Below are positions 18,946 through 29,100 of a stretch of 64,000 nucleotides of DNA, one piece after another (position 1 is the first letter of the stretch; every line of letters starts with the position of its first letter). Source of the DNA: a virus (taxonomy: Duplodnaviria; Heunggongvirae; Uroviricota; Caudoviricetes); IMG/VR virus record IMGVR_UViG_3300042923_001771, positions 64,001 to 128,000 of that record, one strand, 5' to 3'. Below the pieces are notes generated by a model. It was given only the letters and a program-made list of their open reading frames with translations, did not search any database and was not told the origin of the DNA. The position numbers were made by a program, and so were the translations under genes.

Positions 18946-19722
18946 ATGAAGAATGGAAAAATTGTTATCTCTGGTAGTTTCAATATAATTGGTGAAAGTA
19001 ATAAAATTTTAACAAACGGAAAATTCAGTACAACAATGGATGACATTAACCCGGTTATTATTCCTAGTAGTTATGATTCGTTAAATAAAGGTGTTTCAGG
19101 CACTATTCTTTATCATGTGAATCCATATCGATATGATATCCCAGATGAACCAGTTCGTAACGCATCAATCAAAGTGTATAAAGATGGAATTATATATGAC
19201 TACACTAAAACTGACGATAATGGTTTTTATGTTTTATATTTAGAAGATGGTATTTATGACATCAAAATACAAAGCCCATCTTACAATAGGACAATAAAAA
19301 ATCAAAAAATTATTAATGGCATAACTCCATTTAACATGTTATTCAAAAGTGGACAAATCGCAAAAAAGGAATTTGATATGGTGGAATTCTTTATGTACGA
19401 AGTTGATGGAGTTTCAACTGGTTTGCGTTATGTTCATGGTACATTATTAAATGAGAATGGTTCTCCAGTTGAAGATGCAGAGATAGTGGTTGCAAATTCT
19501 AACACTCACGTAATACAAGCCTTTGTTAAAACTGGAAAAGATGGTAAGTATGGGTTTGTTATCGATTTGGGAAACTTAGACATAATCATCAGGTCACCTC
19601 GATTTAATGCAAAAGTACTTAGAAATTATGAATTTACAGCTGAAGATGGTTTTATACCGACTGTAATTGAAAAATCAATTTCCTTTGATATAGGAGGGAA
19701 CTCGTTATGGATATCTTATTAA
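18946..19722 (+). CDS. structural protein with two carboxypeptidase-regulatory-like repeats
   Basis: PVRNASIKV...KTDDNGFY...GIYDIKI and PVEDAEIVV...KTGKDGKY...DIII; GCGGTGA RBS before ATG 18946. Confidence 0.55.
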   Translation: MKNGKIVISGSFNIIGESNKILTNGKFSTTMDDINPVIIPSSYDSLNKGVSGTILYHVNPYRYDIPDEPVRNASIKVYKDGIIYDYTKTDDNGFYVLYLEDGIYDIKIQSPSYNRTIKNQKIINGITPFNMLFKSGQIAKKEFDMVEFFMYEVDGVSTGLRYVHGTLLNENGSPVEDAEIVVANSNTHVIQAFVKTGKDGKYGFVIDLGNLDIIIRSPRFNAKVLRNYEFTAEDGFIPTVIEKSISFDIGGNSLWISY

Positions 19723-20567
19723 ATGAAAAGAAATTACCACCACCAACCAATATAACAGTGAACTCTCTTAGAGTTGCTGGTCAGCTTCTAGTTGTTTGGG
19801 ATAAAGTGAGAAATCCCGACCAACAACATCTAGATCAAGGCCTTGTCGATCCTCGATTAATATCAAAGGTAAAGTACAACGTTTATAGAGGTACATCTTT
19901 AGGTGGTATTTTTTATAAATTAAATAATGAGCCATTGAATTCACTGAGATATGAAGATAAAAACGTTGGCAGAAATCCCAATTCACAATATTTTTACAAA
20001 GTATCAACAGTGTCAGAATTTATTGACGGCATCGTAACTAGGATGGTAGAAGGTGAACTTTCAAATCCAGTTATTTATAGAGTATCAACTACAAATAAGT
20101 GGTTTACTAAAATAAATGAAAGAAACATGTGGATTTTAAAAAACACCGGTGTGTTAATGGATTTGTACGTTAGAAAAACAGATGGTCCGCGTTGCAGTCA
20201 ATGTTGGGATGACTTACGTTCTCAAGGAGATCCAGATTGCACGTTTTGTTTTGGTACAACATTTGAAGGTGGCTATGAGCCTATGTCGCAATTATATGTA
20301 AGACAAAAACCTTCTGTTCAACAATTGGACTTAACCCCACATGGTTATGTTCCGAATAACAATCCAGGTGCATGGACAATCTCAGATATAAAAATATCAA
20401 ATAGAGATTTAATGATTAATCCTGAGGGCAAGATTCTTTCAGTTATTAGTTCAAATGTAAGTCACGCTGCAGGATTCTTATTTCATCAAGAACTGACAAC
20501 AAAAGAACTTGATCCGCTAGATAAAAGGTATAAAATAAAGAGAGTTACGTTGTATCCAAGTTGGTAA
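19707..20567 (+). CDS. neck/head-closure protein with FN3-like N-terminus and Cys motif
   Basis: PPPTNITV...LVVWD...YNVYRG...YFYKVSTV is FN3-like. CSQC...CTFCFG resembles the Cys motif of head-closure proteins in large Bacillota myophages. Confidence 0.55.
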   Translation: MDILLNEKKLPPPTNITVNSLRVAGQLLVVWDKVRNPDQQHLDQGLVDPRLISKVKYNVYRGTSLGGIFYKLNNEPLNSLRYEDKNVGRNPNSQYFYKVSTVSEFIDGIVTRMVEGELSNPVIYRVSTTNKWFTKINERNMWILKNTGVLMDLYVRKTDGPRCSQCWDDLRSQGDPDCTFCFGTTFEGGYEPMSQLYVRQKPSVQQLDLTPHGYVPNNNPGAWTISDIKISNRDLMINPEGKILSVISSNVSHAAGFLFHQELTTKELDPLDKRYKIKRVTLYPSW

Positions 20568-20631
20568 GTTAATTTGACTCAACGTTTTTAATATAATACT
20601 GATATGAATTTTAGAAAGGGGATCATCACAC

Positions 20632-20979
20632 ATGACACCAGGAAAAATTACGCTTAAAAACTTTAGCGGAAAGCGTATTGATGGAATTATTACGAATCAG
20701 CCAATTGAGATTTCACAACAATATATGGAAGCTGTTGCAGAAGCAGTACTGCAAGTTCTATATAATATGGGAACTTACTCAAATATTGAATTAAATTATG
20801 ACTTAGAGGTTGAAGGTGGTACTAAATATTACGTTCATGGTACTGACGTTACCGTTGTTCCAACCACTCAAGATCCATACAATAGAAGAATTCGCAATAA
20901 CCCAAATGTTATCAGTAAGGATAGAAAAGACGATAACGTTGCAAATGAGCTTCAAAAGATTGAGCGCAACAGAACATAA
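20632..20979 (+). CDS. hypothetical protein
   Basis: AAAGGGG RBS; followed by a terminator at about 21000-21040. Confidence 0.55.
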   Translation: MTPGKITLKNFSGKRIDGIITNQPIEISQQYMEAVAEAVLQVLYNMGTYSNIELNYDLEVEGGTKYYVHGTDVTVVPTTQDPYNRRIRNNPNVISKDRKDDNVANELQKIERNRT

Positions 20980-21157
20980 AAAATAATGATACTTTTTTGA
21001 AACTACGATACTAATGTATCGTAGTTTTTTTATTTTTTGTTTGAAGGAGCCAAAACACAATTCATTCTAACGTATTTTGCCACTATTATATTTTCATATT
21101 GCTTCATATATACTAAATATGAAACATTAGCCTGCCTATGTATTTATATTATTCTTT

Positions 21158-21736
21158 TTGGAGGTGATTTTGTTGAGAGCCTCCGCTCTGAAATTTACTA
21201 AGGATATGCTTATAAAGTATCTTAGGGGGTTTTTAGCTAACTATGAAAACTATAGTAACTTTTGCCCTAAAGATTATTCACAGGCTTTAGTTTCTGATAA
21301 GGAGCCTAATGAATTAAGGCAGTTCCCATTAGTGGTAATTAGTGGTAGTAGCGGTCAAATCATTGCAGGTGGTCTACAGGATTTTGCTGAAGAAATCTAT
21401 GATGAACAAGGAAGTTTACAAGCTTATCGCTATGGTGGTATGTATGAATTCAACATAACTATCGACATAGCAACAAGAAGTACTCTTGATAGAGAGCAAT
21501 TCTCCGACCTAGTAGCTATGGCTTTAAGAGTTCTAGTTAGAAGGTATATTGAAAAAGAGGGAGTTATCATTAAGGATATGAGGTATGGCGGAGAATCAGA
21601 AGTTAATTACGATTCAGATAAGATCTACGTAAGTAATATTCAATTCACGACATGGTCTCAGTGGTACCAAGATATCAACTTGATGGATATTGGTAAAATC
21701 AATCTCGACTTCAATGGCAGTTCAAGTGATCTTTAA
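21158..21736 (+). CDS. tail terminator/tail-completion protein
   Basis: Directly precedes the sheath gene; FPLVVISG...FNITIDIATRS...RE fold pattern. Exact start uncertain. Confidence 0.55.
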   Translation: MEVILLRASALKFTKDMLIKYLRGFLANYENYSNFCPKDYSQALVSDKEPNELRQFPLVVISGSSGQIIAGGLQDFAEEIYDEQGSLQAYRYGGMYEFNITIDIATRSTLDREQFSDLVAMALRVLVRRYIEKEGVIIKDMRYGGESEVNYDSDKIYVSNIQFTTWSQWYQDINLMDIGKINLDFNGSSSDL

Positions 21737-21801
21737 AAAAGCAACAAACATTAGAGACTTCTTTGTTGAAGTTAATAAGATAAATCAAGGGGGTAATAAG
21801 A

Positions 21802-23577
21802 ATGCCGTATAAAAAACCTGGTGCGTATGCACGATTTGTAAGAACTACAGGAGCTGTGAATAACGCTGGTTCGTCTAGAGTTATGGCTATTGTTGGTACA
21901 GGTAAATTGTTTTTTGACAAATTAAATGAGCCTATTTTAAGACAAACAGATTCTATTTCAGATTTATTAGGTAAAGAAAATGTGTATGAAATTCATCATG
22001 TTACTTCTAAACCGTTAAAAAATGGAGCTGTTGATGATACTGGCATTGAATACAAAGTTCGCAAAGGTACTGATCCAGTATATGACTTAGAGTTAAAAGA
22101 CGGTAAGTACATTTCATGGAAAGTTGGAACTGCTGCTGCAGTAAGTTTGCCAGTTAGCTCAGGCACTGAAGGTTCAGATAAATTTGCTACTGTAGTACAC
22201 GCATCTAAAGGACAAGAGCATTTAATTGTTGATGGTCAATACAAAATAGAAATCACTTATATTGATACCGATGCTACTGATGCTACTAATTTTGGAACAT
22301 ACGCAGTGATCGACATGGCAACAAACCAGGTACTTGGTGAATATCAAGTAGGTAATGATACTGTTGATATTATTCCTGGTATTCAAATGTTCGTAACTGA
22401 CACGTTTTTCCAAAAAATGAGTGAAGACGCAACTCCTGTACCTATCGTTGGTGAATCAATTTCAGCTCCTGGTGATTATGTTATCATTAACACTACATCT
22501 GCTGGTTCAGCCGTTGGAGCAGTTGCTGATGGTTCAGTTTACTATGTAAGTTACGCATACAAAAAAGCAGAAGAAGATTTCAATCCAAAATTGTTCACGG
22601 ATTATCAAGATCTTGTTGCTGAGTATGGAGATTATGATGTTACTGTTTCTGGTAAAGTTACTAATTCTCTATCATTAGGTGCAGAAATTGCATTTATGAA
22701 TGGAATGAATCCAATTGTTTGTGTACAAGCTAAAAATGATAGCGATTATTCTATGAAACTTGCAATTGATCTTTTAGAAAGAGACGTTGCTGGTGTTGAT
22801 AACATCAATACTATCATACCTCTAACAACTTCTAAAATAGTTGCAGCTCACGCAATGAGTCACGTTAATAAAATGTCACTTTCTACAATTGGTAAAGAGC
22901 GTATGACTTACATCGGAGCTCCAACTAATGAAAAGTACACTGATTCCGCTCAAGCAGCTAGCGATTTCAATGATGAGCGTTTAGTTTACGTTGTTCCAGG
23001 TTCTGCTACAAAATCAGTTAGAGACACTGTAACGGGTAGAATTTCTGTAAAACGTGTTCCTAGTTCTTTCTTAGCAGTTGCTGTTGCAGCTCTTGGTTTG
23101 AAAAATGACCCAGCTGAACCGCTTACAAACAAATTCATCAGCGGCTTTGATGCTATTGGTACACCTTACGCTGAAAGCGAAAAGAATGTCATGGCTGAAA
23201 AAGGTTGCTTAATTTTAGAACAACAAGGTCCAAACGTTAAAGTTCGTCACGGTATGACAACTTTTGTTGCTGAAGTTAATAGCAATGAAATTACATTGGT
23301 TCAAATTAAAGACTATGTAATTGAAGCTGCTCGTAAAACACTTGGTAATGTCTATGTTGGTAAAAAACTTATGCCATCCATTGTTAATGATGTTCAACTT
23401 ACGTTGACTAACGTCTTAAATCAATTTGTTGGCCAACAAGTTATCTTAGGATACAGCGGTGTTAGCGTTAGACGTTCAAAAGATGACCCACGTGCTATCG
23501 ATGTTAGATTTGAAATCGAAGCAGTATATCCGTTGAACTACATTAACATTGAATTCTCCTTCTCAGGTATCAACTAA
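21802..23577 (+). CDS. contractile tail sheath protein
   Basis: PGAYARF N-terminus, EPLTNKFISGF, VRHGMTT, EITLVQIKDY, C-terminal VRFEIEAVYPLNYINIEF. Confidence 0.9.
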   Translation: MPYKKPGAYARFVRTTGAVNNAGSSRVMAIVGTGKLFFDKLNEPILRQTDSISDLLGKENVYEIHHVTSKPLKNGAVDDTGIEYKVRKGTDPVYDLELKDGKYISWKVGTAAAVSLPVSSGTEGSDKFATVVHASKGQEHLIVDGQYKIEITYIDTDATDATNFGTYAVIDMATNQVLGEYQVGNDTVDIIPGIQMFVTDTFFQKMSEDATPVPIVGESISAPGDYVIINTTSAGSAVGAVADGSVYYVSYAYKKAEEDFNPKLFTDYQDLVAEYGDYDVTVSGKVTNSLSLGAEIAFMNGMNPIVCVQAKNDSDYSMKLAIDLLERDVAGVDNINTIIPLTTSKIVAAHAMSHVNKMSLSTIGKERMTYIGAPTNEKYTDSAQAASDFNDERLVYVVPGSATKSVRDTVTGRISVKRVPSSFLAVAVAALGLKNDPAEPLTNKFISGFDAIGTPYAESEKNVMAEKGCLILEQQGPNVKVRHGMTTFVAEVNSNEITLVQIKDYVIEAARKTLGNVYVGKKLMPSIVNDVQLTLTNVLNQFVGQQVILGYSGVSVRRSKDDPRAIDVRFEIEAVYPLNYINIEFSFSGIN

Positions 23578-23591
23578 TTTTTAATTAGAAC

Positions 23592-23628
23592 AAAGAGTAA
23601 CTAATGTAATTTACATTAGTTACTCTTT
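23592..23628. repeat. perfect 18-bp inverted repeat, 1-nt spacer
   Basis: AAAGAGTAACTAATGTAA-T-TTACATTAGTTACTCTTT between the sheath and tube genes. Confidence 0.9.
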
Positions 23629-23649
23629 AAATAAAAGGGGTGAATAAAT

Positions 23650-24312
23650 ATGGCAATTGATGATAACAAAATTGTTGCTGATACCGTAAAAGGTAAACAC
23701 GCTGCTTACAAGTCATCAGCAAATAGCAATTTGAACACTTATCGTGCTTCAGGTATGGTTGATATGACTGGTCCAAATGCTGGAGCTATAGCTATTACTA
23801 CTACCAATATTGAAATCCACTCAAATGGTATGAAGGTTGGATTTATTCAATCTTGCTCACCGTCAGAGTCTCGTAACATCGTAAAGGTGCAAGAGTTAGG
23901 AACTGAAGGTGTAGTTCAAGCTGTTCCTGGTAACACGACTGGTGGTCAGTTATCTATTTCTAGATTGGCACTATATAATTCCAATATTTTTAGAGCATTA
24001 GGCTTAACACCAACTGGTAGTTACGATACAGGTTTAGCGATGAATGGAGAATACGTAGAATCTGCTAATTCAACATACAATGTAGGTTCTGGTAAAAACC
24101 CATTTAAAACACTTAAGGATCAAAGAGTACCACTTGAAATTAAGGTTAAGATTAGAAAACCTAATGATATGAATAGTCAGCTTAGTTATGATGAAGAAGT
24201 ATATGTTGACTGTTGGTTAGCTTCTTATAGTAAAACTATAGCATCAAGCACTATCACAGTTACTGAATCTGCGACGGTTCAATACAGCGATGTATATGTT
24301 GCTAGTGTTTAA
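23650..24312 (+). CDS. tail tube protein 1
   Basis: VGFIQSCSPSESRNIVKVQELG...AVPGN...LSISRLALY...CWLASYSKT; follows the sheath gene. Confidence 0.75.
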   Translation: MAIDDNKIVADTVKGKHAAYKSSANSNLNTYRASGMVDMTGPNAGAIAITTTNIEIHSNGMKVGFIQSCSPSESRNIVKVQELGTEGVVQAVPGNTTGGQLSISRLALYNSNIFRALGLTPTGSYDTGLAMNGEYVESANSTYNVGSGKNPFKTLKDQRVPLEIKVKIRKPNDMNSQLSYDEEVYVDCWLASYSKTIASSTITVTESATVQYSDVYVASV

Positions 24313-24346
24313 AAGTAACAATAGAAAACAAGTGAGGTGATAGAAG

Positions 24347-24907
24347 ATGGCAAATAAATTTAATGATAGCATGAATAAACCGTTACATTCACAACGTGCT
24401 TATGGTTGGGATAGAACGTCTAACCCAAATGTAGTAACTGGTACTAGAATGAATCCAGCCACTGCAGAACAAAACGGTCTGTTACAAACTAGCACCAATA
24501 TTACCATGAAGATTAATGGTGATATTATTGGTATGGTTCAATCTCTTTCGGTTTCTGAAAGTAGAACAATCAACAAATTACAAGCTATTGGGCATGAGGG
24601 CATTGTTCAAGCTGTACCTGGTAATACTCAGGCTGGACAACTATCAATCTCACGTATAGCTCTTTATGACAGAAAGTTTGCAGACGTTGTTGGAATCAAT
24701 GATAGTACTATTGGTGGTGTATTCGTTACTTTGCGCAATCAAAGAGTACCATTTGAAATTTCTATTGAAACACCAACAACAGCTACTGCATACTCAGATG
24801 TTACTACTTATTGTGATTGCTGGATTTCTTCATACAGTAAATCTTATGGTGTACAATCAATTACGGTTGCAGAGAACTTAACGGTTCAATATTCTGATGT
24901 TACTTAA
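24347..24907 (+). CDS. tail tube protein 2 (paralogue)
   Basis: IGMVQSLSVSESRTINKLQAIG...AVPGN...LSISRIALY...CWISSYSKS aligns by eye with tube 1. Confidence 0.75.
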   Translation: MANKFNDSMNKPLHSQRAYGWDRTSNPNVVTGTRMNPATAEQNGLLQTSTNITMKINGDIIGMVQSLSVSESRTINKLQAIGHEGIVQAVPGNTQAGQLSISRIALYDRKFADVVGINDSTIGGVFVTLRNQRVPFEISIETPTTATAYSDVTTYCDCWISSYSKSYGVQSITVAENLTVQYSDVT

Positions 24908-25091
24908 TAAATAAAAGCCTCTAACAAGGGGCTTTTTATTTTTGTTTAAAAACTGTAATAAAGCTATTTTTTGTTCTTATTCTTAAAATGAAGACAAAAT
25001 ACTAAATAGTATGATATAAAAAGTGAAAAGATTCGTATTTTAAATATGAATCTTTGTAATAAAAAACGAAGAAAAGAAAAGGGGTTTTAAA

Positions 25092-25439
25092 ATGAGAAAG
25101 TCGCTTGAGGATTTGATTTTTATTGGTAGAATTGATAAGTCGTTTAAGGTGTTTGGTAAGAATTGGACTCTTTCAACTCTAACATCTAATGAACAATTGG
25201 ATGCAACCTCATCAACAGATGGATATGATACTTTATCTCGAGTAAATGCTCTTAAAATTGAGATTTTGGCTCGTTCGGTTAAGAAAGTTGAAGATATTGA
25301 GTTGAATGATGTAAAAGAAAACGTTGAATTTATTGGTAGTCTTCAAATGCCGCTTATTAATGAGTTGTTCTCAAAGTATGAAGTACTACAAAAAGAACAA
25401 GATGACTCTTTAAAGAATTTAGATGATATAAAAAACTAA
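25092..25439 (+). CDS. tail assembly chaperone (lambda G-like)
   Basis: Lies between tube and tape measure genes; ends at the slippery heptamer A-AAA-AAC. Confidence 0.75.
   Translation: MRKSLEDLIFIGRIDKSFKVFGKNWTLSTLTSNEQLDATSSTDGYDTLSRVNALKIEILARSVKKVEDIELNDVKENVEFIGSLQMPLINELFSKYEVLQKEQDDSLKNLDDIKN
25430..25436 (+). other. programmed -1 ribosomal frameshift site
   Basis: A AAA AAC fits X XXY YYZ. The -1 frame stays open (LIDDTYSRIRWKVMKAIG...) into the 25475-26128 ORF. Confidence 0.8.
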
Positions 25440-26128
25440 TAGACGACACTTATAGTCGTATTCGATGGAAAGTAATGAAAGCCATTGGGATGCCACCATC
25501 TGACCCTCGAGTGCGTCAGATGAATGATGCCCAATGGCTTTGGTGTTATTTTAACCAAATAGAGGATGAGAAAGAGGAAGCGGAGAATTGGAAAGCAAGA
25601 TTCGACTACCTCACTTGGTTCATCAACTACGATATGGCTAAAAGTGTCAGTGACCATAATGAAAAAAATAAAGCTACCGATAAGAAAGGTACCCAAGGCC
25701 CTCGTTACAAGGTAGAAGATTTACACAGGAGTTCCGACTTTGAAAAAGAAGCATACGCAGCAACTAAAGGTTATGATCCAGAAGATGGCTTAACAGTCGA
25801 TGAATTTATTGAGCAACTTCAATCTAATAAGCAAGGAAGAGAAGCTGACATCGTAAACGATAGTTTTGAAGACTTGTTAGCTAGTGGAGATTTTTCTGAG
25901 GTGATGGATGCTACTCAAGGAGTTGGTAATCCAAACGAAACACTTGATGATTTCATAACAAGAGCTTTAATGTTAGAAGAACATCTAGAAGATAAAGCTA
26001 TTGAAATTAATGAAGAAAACTTGCGCCATAATAATGGTAACAGTTTTAATGGTCCTCCAACTTCTGAGAATCATCATACTATAGATGATGATGATTTAGA
26101 TATTTTTGAAGTGGATGATGACGAATAA
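25436..26128 (+). CDS. C-terminal part of the G-T-like chaperone fusion (about 345 aa in total)
   Basis: Open -1 frame from 25436; no clear RBS before ATG 25475. Confidence 0.7.
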   Translation, partial: LIDDTYSRIRWKVMKAIGMPPSDPRVRQMNDAQWLWCYFNQIEDEKEEAENWKARFDYLTWFINYDMAKSVSDHNEKNKATDKKGTQGPRYKVEDLHRSSDFEKEAYAATKGYDPEDGLTVDEFIEQLQSNKQGREADIVNDSFEDLLASGDFSEVMDATQGVGNPNETLDDFITRALMLEEHLEDKAIEINEENLRHNNGNSFNGPPTSENHHTIDDDDLDIFEVDDDE

Positions 26129-26154
26129 TTAAAGGGGAAGGACGGTGAAGATAA

Positions 26155-29100
26155 ATGGCGGAAAACAATAACGGGGGAATTTTCGGCAACAAGGGTAACG
26201 GAGACTTTCTTAAGAATCTAAAAAATGAAGTTAACAATAATGCTAACGATATTTCTATGACTCTTGATAAGGTCTTGCGAAGCATTTCTGATTTTAAAGA
26301 TGAAGTCGAAAAAGAAAAAATATCCCTCAATATTGATACATCATATTCTCAAAAAATTGAGAGAATGTTATCTGATTTAGAAAATGATTTTAATAGACTT
26401 ATTGCTCCAGTAAAAGGTAAAATTCAACAGCAAATTTCTGAAGTTTTTTCTTCTGACAATGTAAAGACTGATGGATTAACTAAGGAATTAAATGTTTTCT
26501 CAGACGCATTATCGGGATTTGCAACTAAGGTTAATCAGTTGAGTTCTGAAATTGGAGTTAACTTAGGTTCTGCTTTTGAAAATCTTAATAAGGAAACAGT
26601 TGAGACTTTAAGATCATTTTCTGATATTTTAGCTCAATTACAACAAAGAGATTTAAAAATCAACAACCCCTTCCCTGAAATAATTGCGTCACTTGATGAA
26701 ATTGCAAAAAGAACTCAAAGCATTGGTAGTTTTAACGATGTTTTAAGTAGTATTTTGAATATTCCTGTTGAGCATGGAACGGCTTATCATTTACTAGAAT
26801 TATCTGATAGTTTGGATATTTTTAATAAGACAATGAGAGGCACAACAGATGATGATATAACTAAAATAACTTCATACATTAATGAATTAGAAAAATTAAG
26901 TCAAAAAACTCAAGTTTTCACAGATATTGCTGATAGCATCAAAAGCCTTTCTGTTATTGGAGATATTGCGAAGCAAGTTAATGATTTAAATAGTGCACTT
27001 ACTGCACTTGGTCAAAACAGCAATCTCGGAGCATTAGTTGGTGGTAGTTTTAATGTACCACCAATACCGCAAGGGCCAATCAATATTCCTCCAGCAATAC
27101 CGCCAAGTGGCGGAGGAGGAGGCGGTGGGGGTAATGCAGGTGGTGGAAATCCTGGACCTAGTGGTGGCGGTTACAATGGACCGACCAGTTCATATCCAAG
27201 CCAAGTCATAGTTGGTCCTCAGCCATTTACTCCACAGTATTCGTCTAGTGCGCATGATAAGACGTTTGATGCTATTGAAAAAGCGTTATCTAAATTACAA
27301 CTTAATAATATGTCTGGTGGATCTTGGCACGATAAGTCTAGTAAAAACTTAGATAATGAATCAATTAAAGAAATGATGCAAGTTTTAGAGCAAATTAAGT
27401 ATGATTCAAGTAAATTGAGTGCTTGGGAAGGTCAGTTTAAGCATGCTAGTTCTAACCACGATAAGAGTGGTGCAGAGGCAGCGCTTATGCAAATGAACGA
27501 GTACAGAGCTAAAGTAGTACAAGGAAATTCACAGTTACAAGGCAATCTAGACAATATTGGTCCCAAAGATTTAGGTAAATATCCATCAGAAGTTAGAGAT
27601 ATATTTACTAACATGAAGGATTTTCAACAAGTTATTCAAAATATAATGATAAATCAGTTTAAGTTTAACGAACACTTTGGACTCAACCAATTCAATAAAG
27701 AAATTCTTGATGCCAATAGAGGAATTAATGACTTTGCTAGAAACATAGAAAATCAACCTTGGGATAGAATAAAAGGCAAATTAAGTTCTGCTTTTGACCC
27801 AATTAGTAAATTTACTAGCGGATTAAAAGGTGGAGTAACTGGTGGGTTAGGTATGCTTGGTCTTGGTTCTCTAGGTTCTGCGCTTAGTATTGGTGGATTG
27901 GCTGGTGGAATTACTGATATTTATCAAAGACAAGGTAGACTCTTAGCTGATTCTGCTCAAGGAGAAATATTAGGTGGATACGATTATGATCCGCAAAATA
28001 CAAGACGAATTCTTAGACAAGGCTTAGATTATCAACATTCCACTCACGGAAGAATTCAACAAGAAGACTACTTAAACAGCTATACATCTCTTGTTAATAA
28101 TGTTAGAGGTCACTTTGGCGGTCAAGATGGTTCCGATAAGGCTTCAGCGCAAAGAGATATGGAAAGCTTTGCAAGTACTGCTACAGTTATGCAAGGTATG
28201 GGAGTTTCTCAGGGAACAACTATGTCAGCAATTACTACGTTTTATAAAGAATTGGGTATGAGCGCGAAAGAAACTGATTTCCAATTGGTTAAAATTGCGC
28301 AAACAGCTCAATCTTTAAATGTGCCGTTCGAAGAGCATTTAAAAGCAGTAACAAACTTAGCTACTGAATATAAAGCCATTGGTTTGTCAGCAGATCAAGC
28401 TGGAAATGTAATGGGTAACTTAATGTTTAAAGGTGGTATGACATCAACTGAGGCTGGTAGATTTGCTAGTAATGTTGGTGGAGCTCTAACCAATATGAAT
28501 GAGGGTTGGTTGGCATATGGCGCTGGTATGATGGGTGATGATCCATTAGAAGCAATCATGGATTTAAACTATGGTTATAAAGATGATGGCACAATGAAAG
28601 AAGGAGTTGCTGAAAAGAAAGCGCAAATTCTTACAAATAACTATCAAATGTTTGGTGGCGTCGGCGGAGATGGTGGACGTTATGGCATGAAAGAAGCACT
28701 TAAAGCTATGGGTATTACTGACAACAGAGACGTAGCTAAGTTCTTAAATCATGCTGGTGATGAAAAATGGTTAGTGAATCAATTTAAAGAGATGGATGGT
28801 AAAGCAGGTCTCGGAGATCTTAGTGAAGATAACGCGAAAGATAAACTTACAAGTGGTATATTAGGAGATCTCGGTAAAGCGTCAGATCAACTTTCAGGTA
28901 TAGATAAATCTTTAAATGCTTATAACGAAGTACTTAAGAGGGTAGTTGACGATCAACGCGGTTTATTGGATGAATTGACTGATTTTACTGGAATAATTGA
29001 AAAATTTGGTTCTATGATAGAAAAAGTTATTGGCGGGATGGGGAATCTTTTAGAAACACTTGGGAAACTCGCTAATATGGATTTATCTACCATTGCTGCT

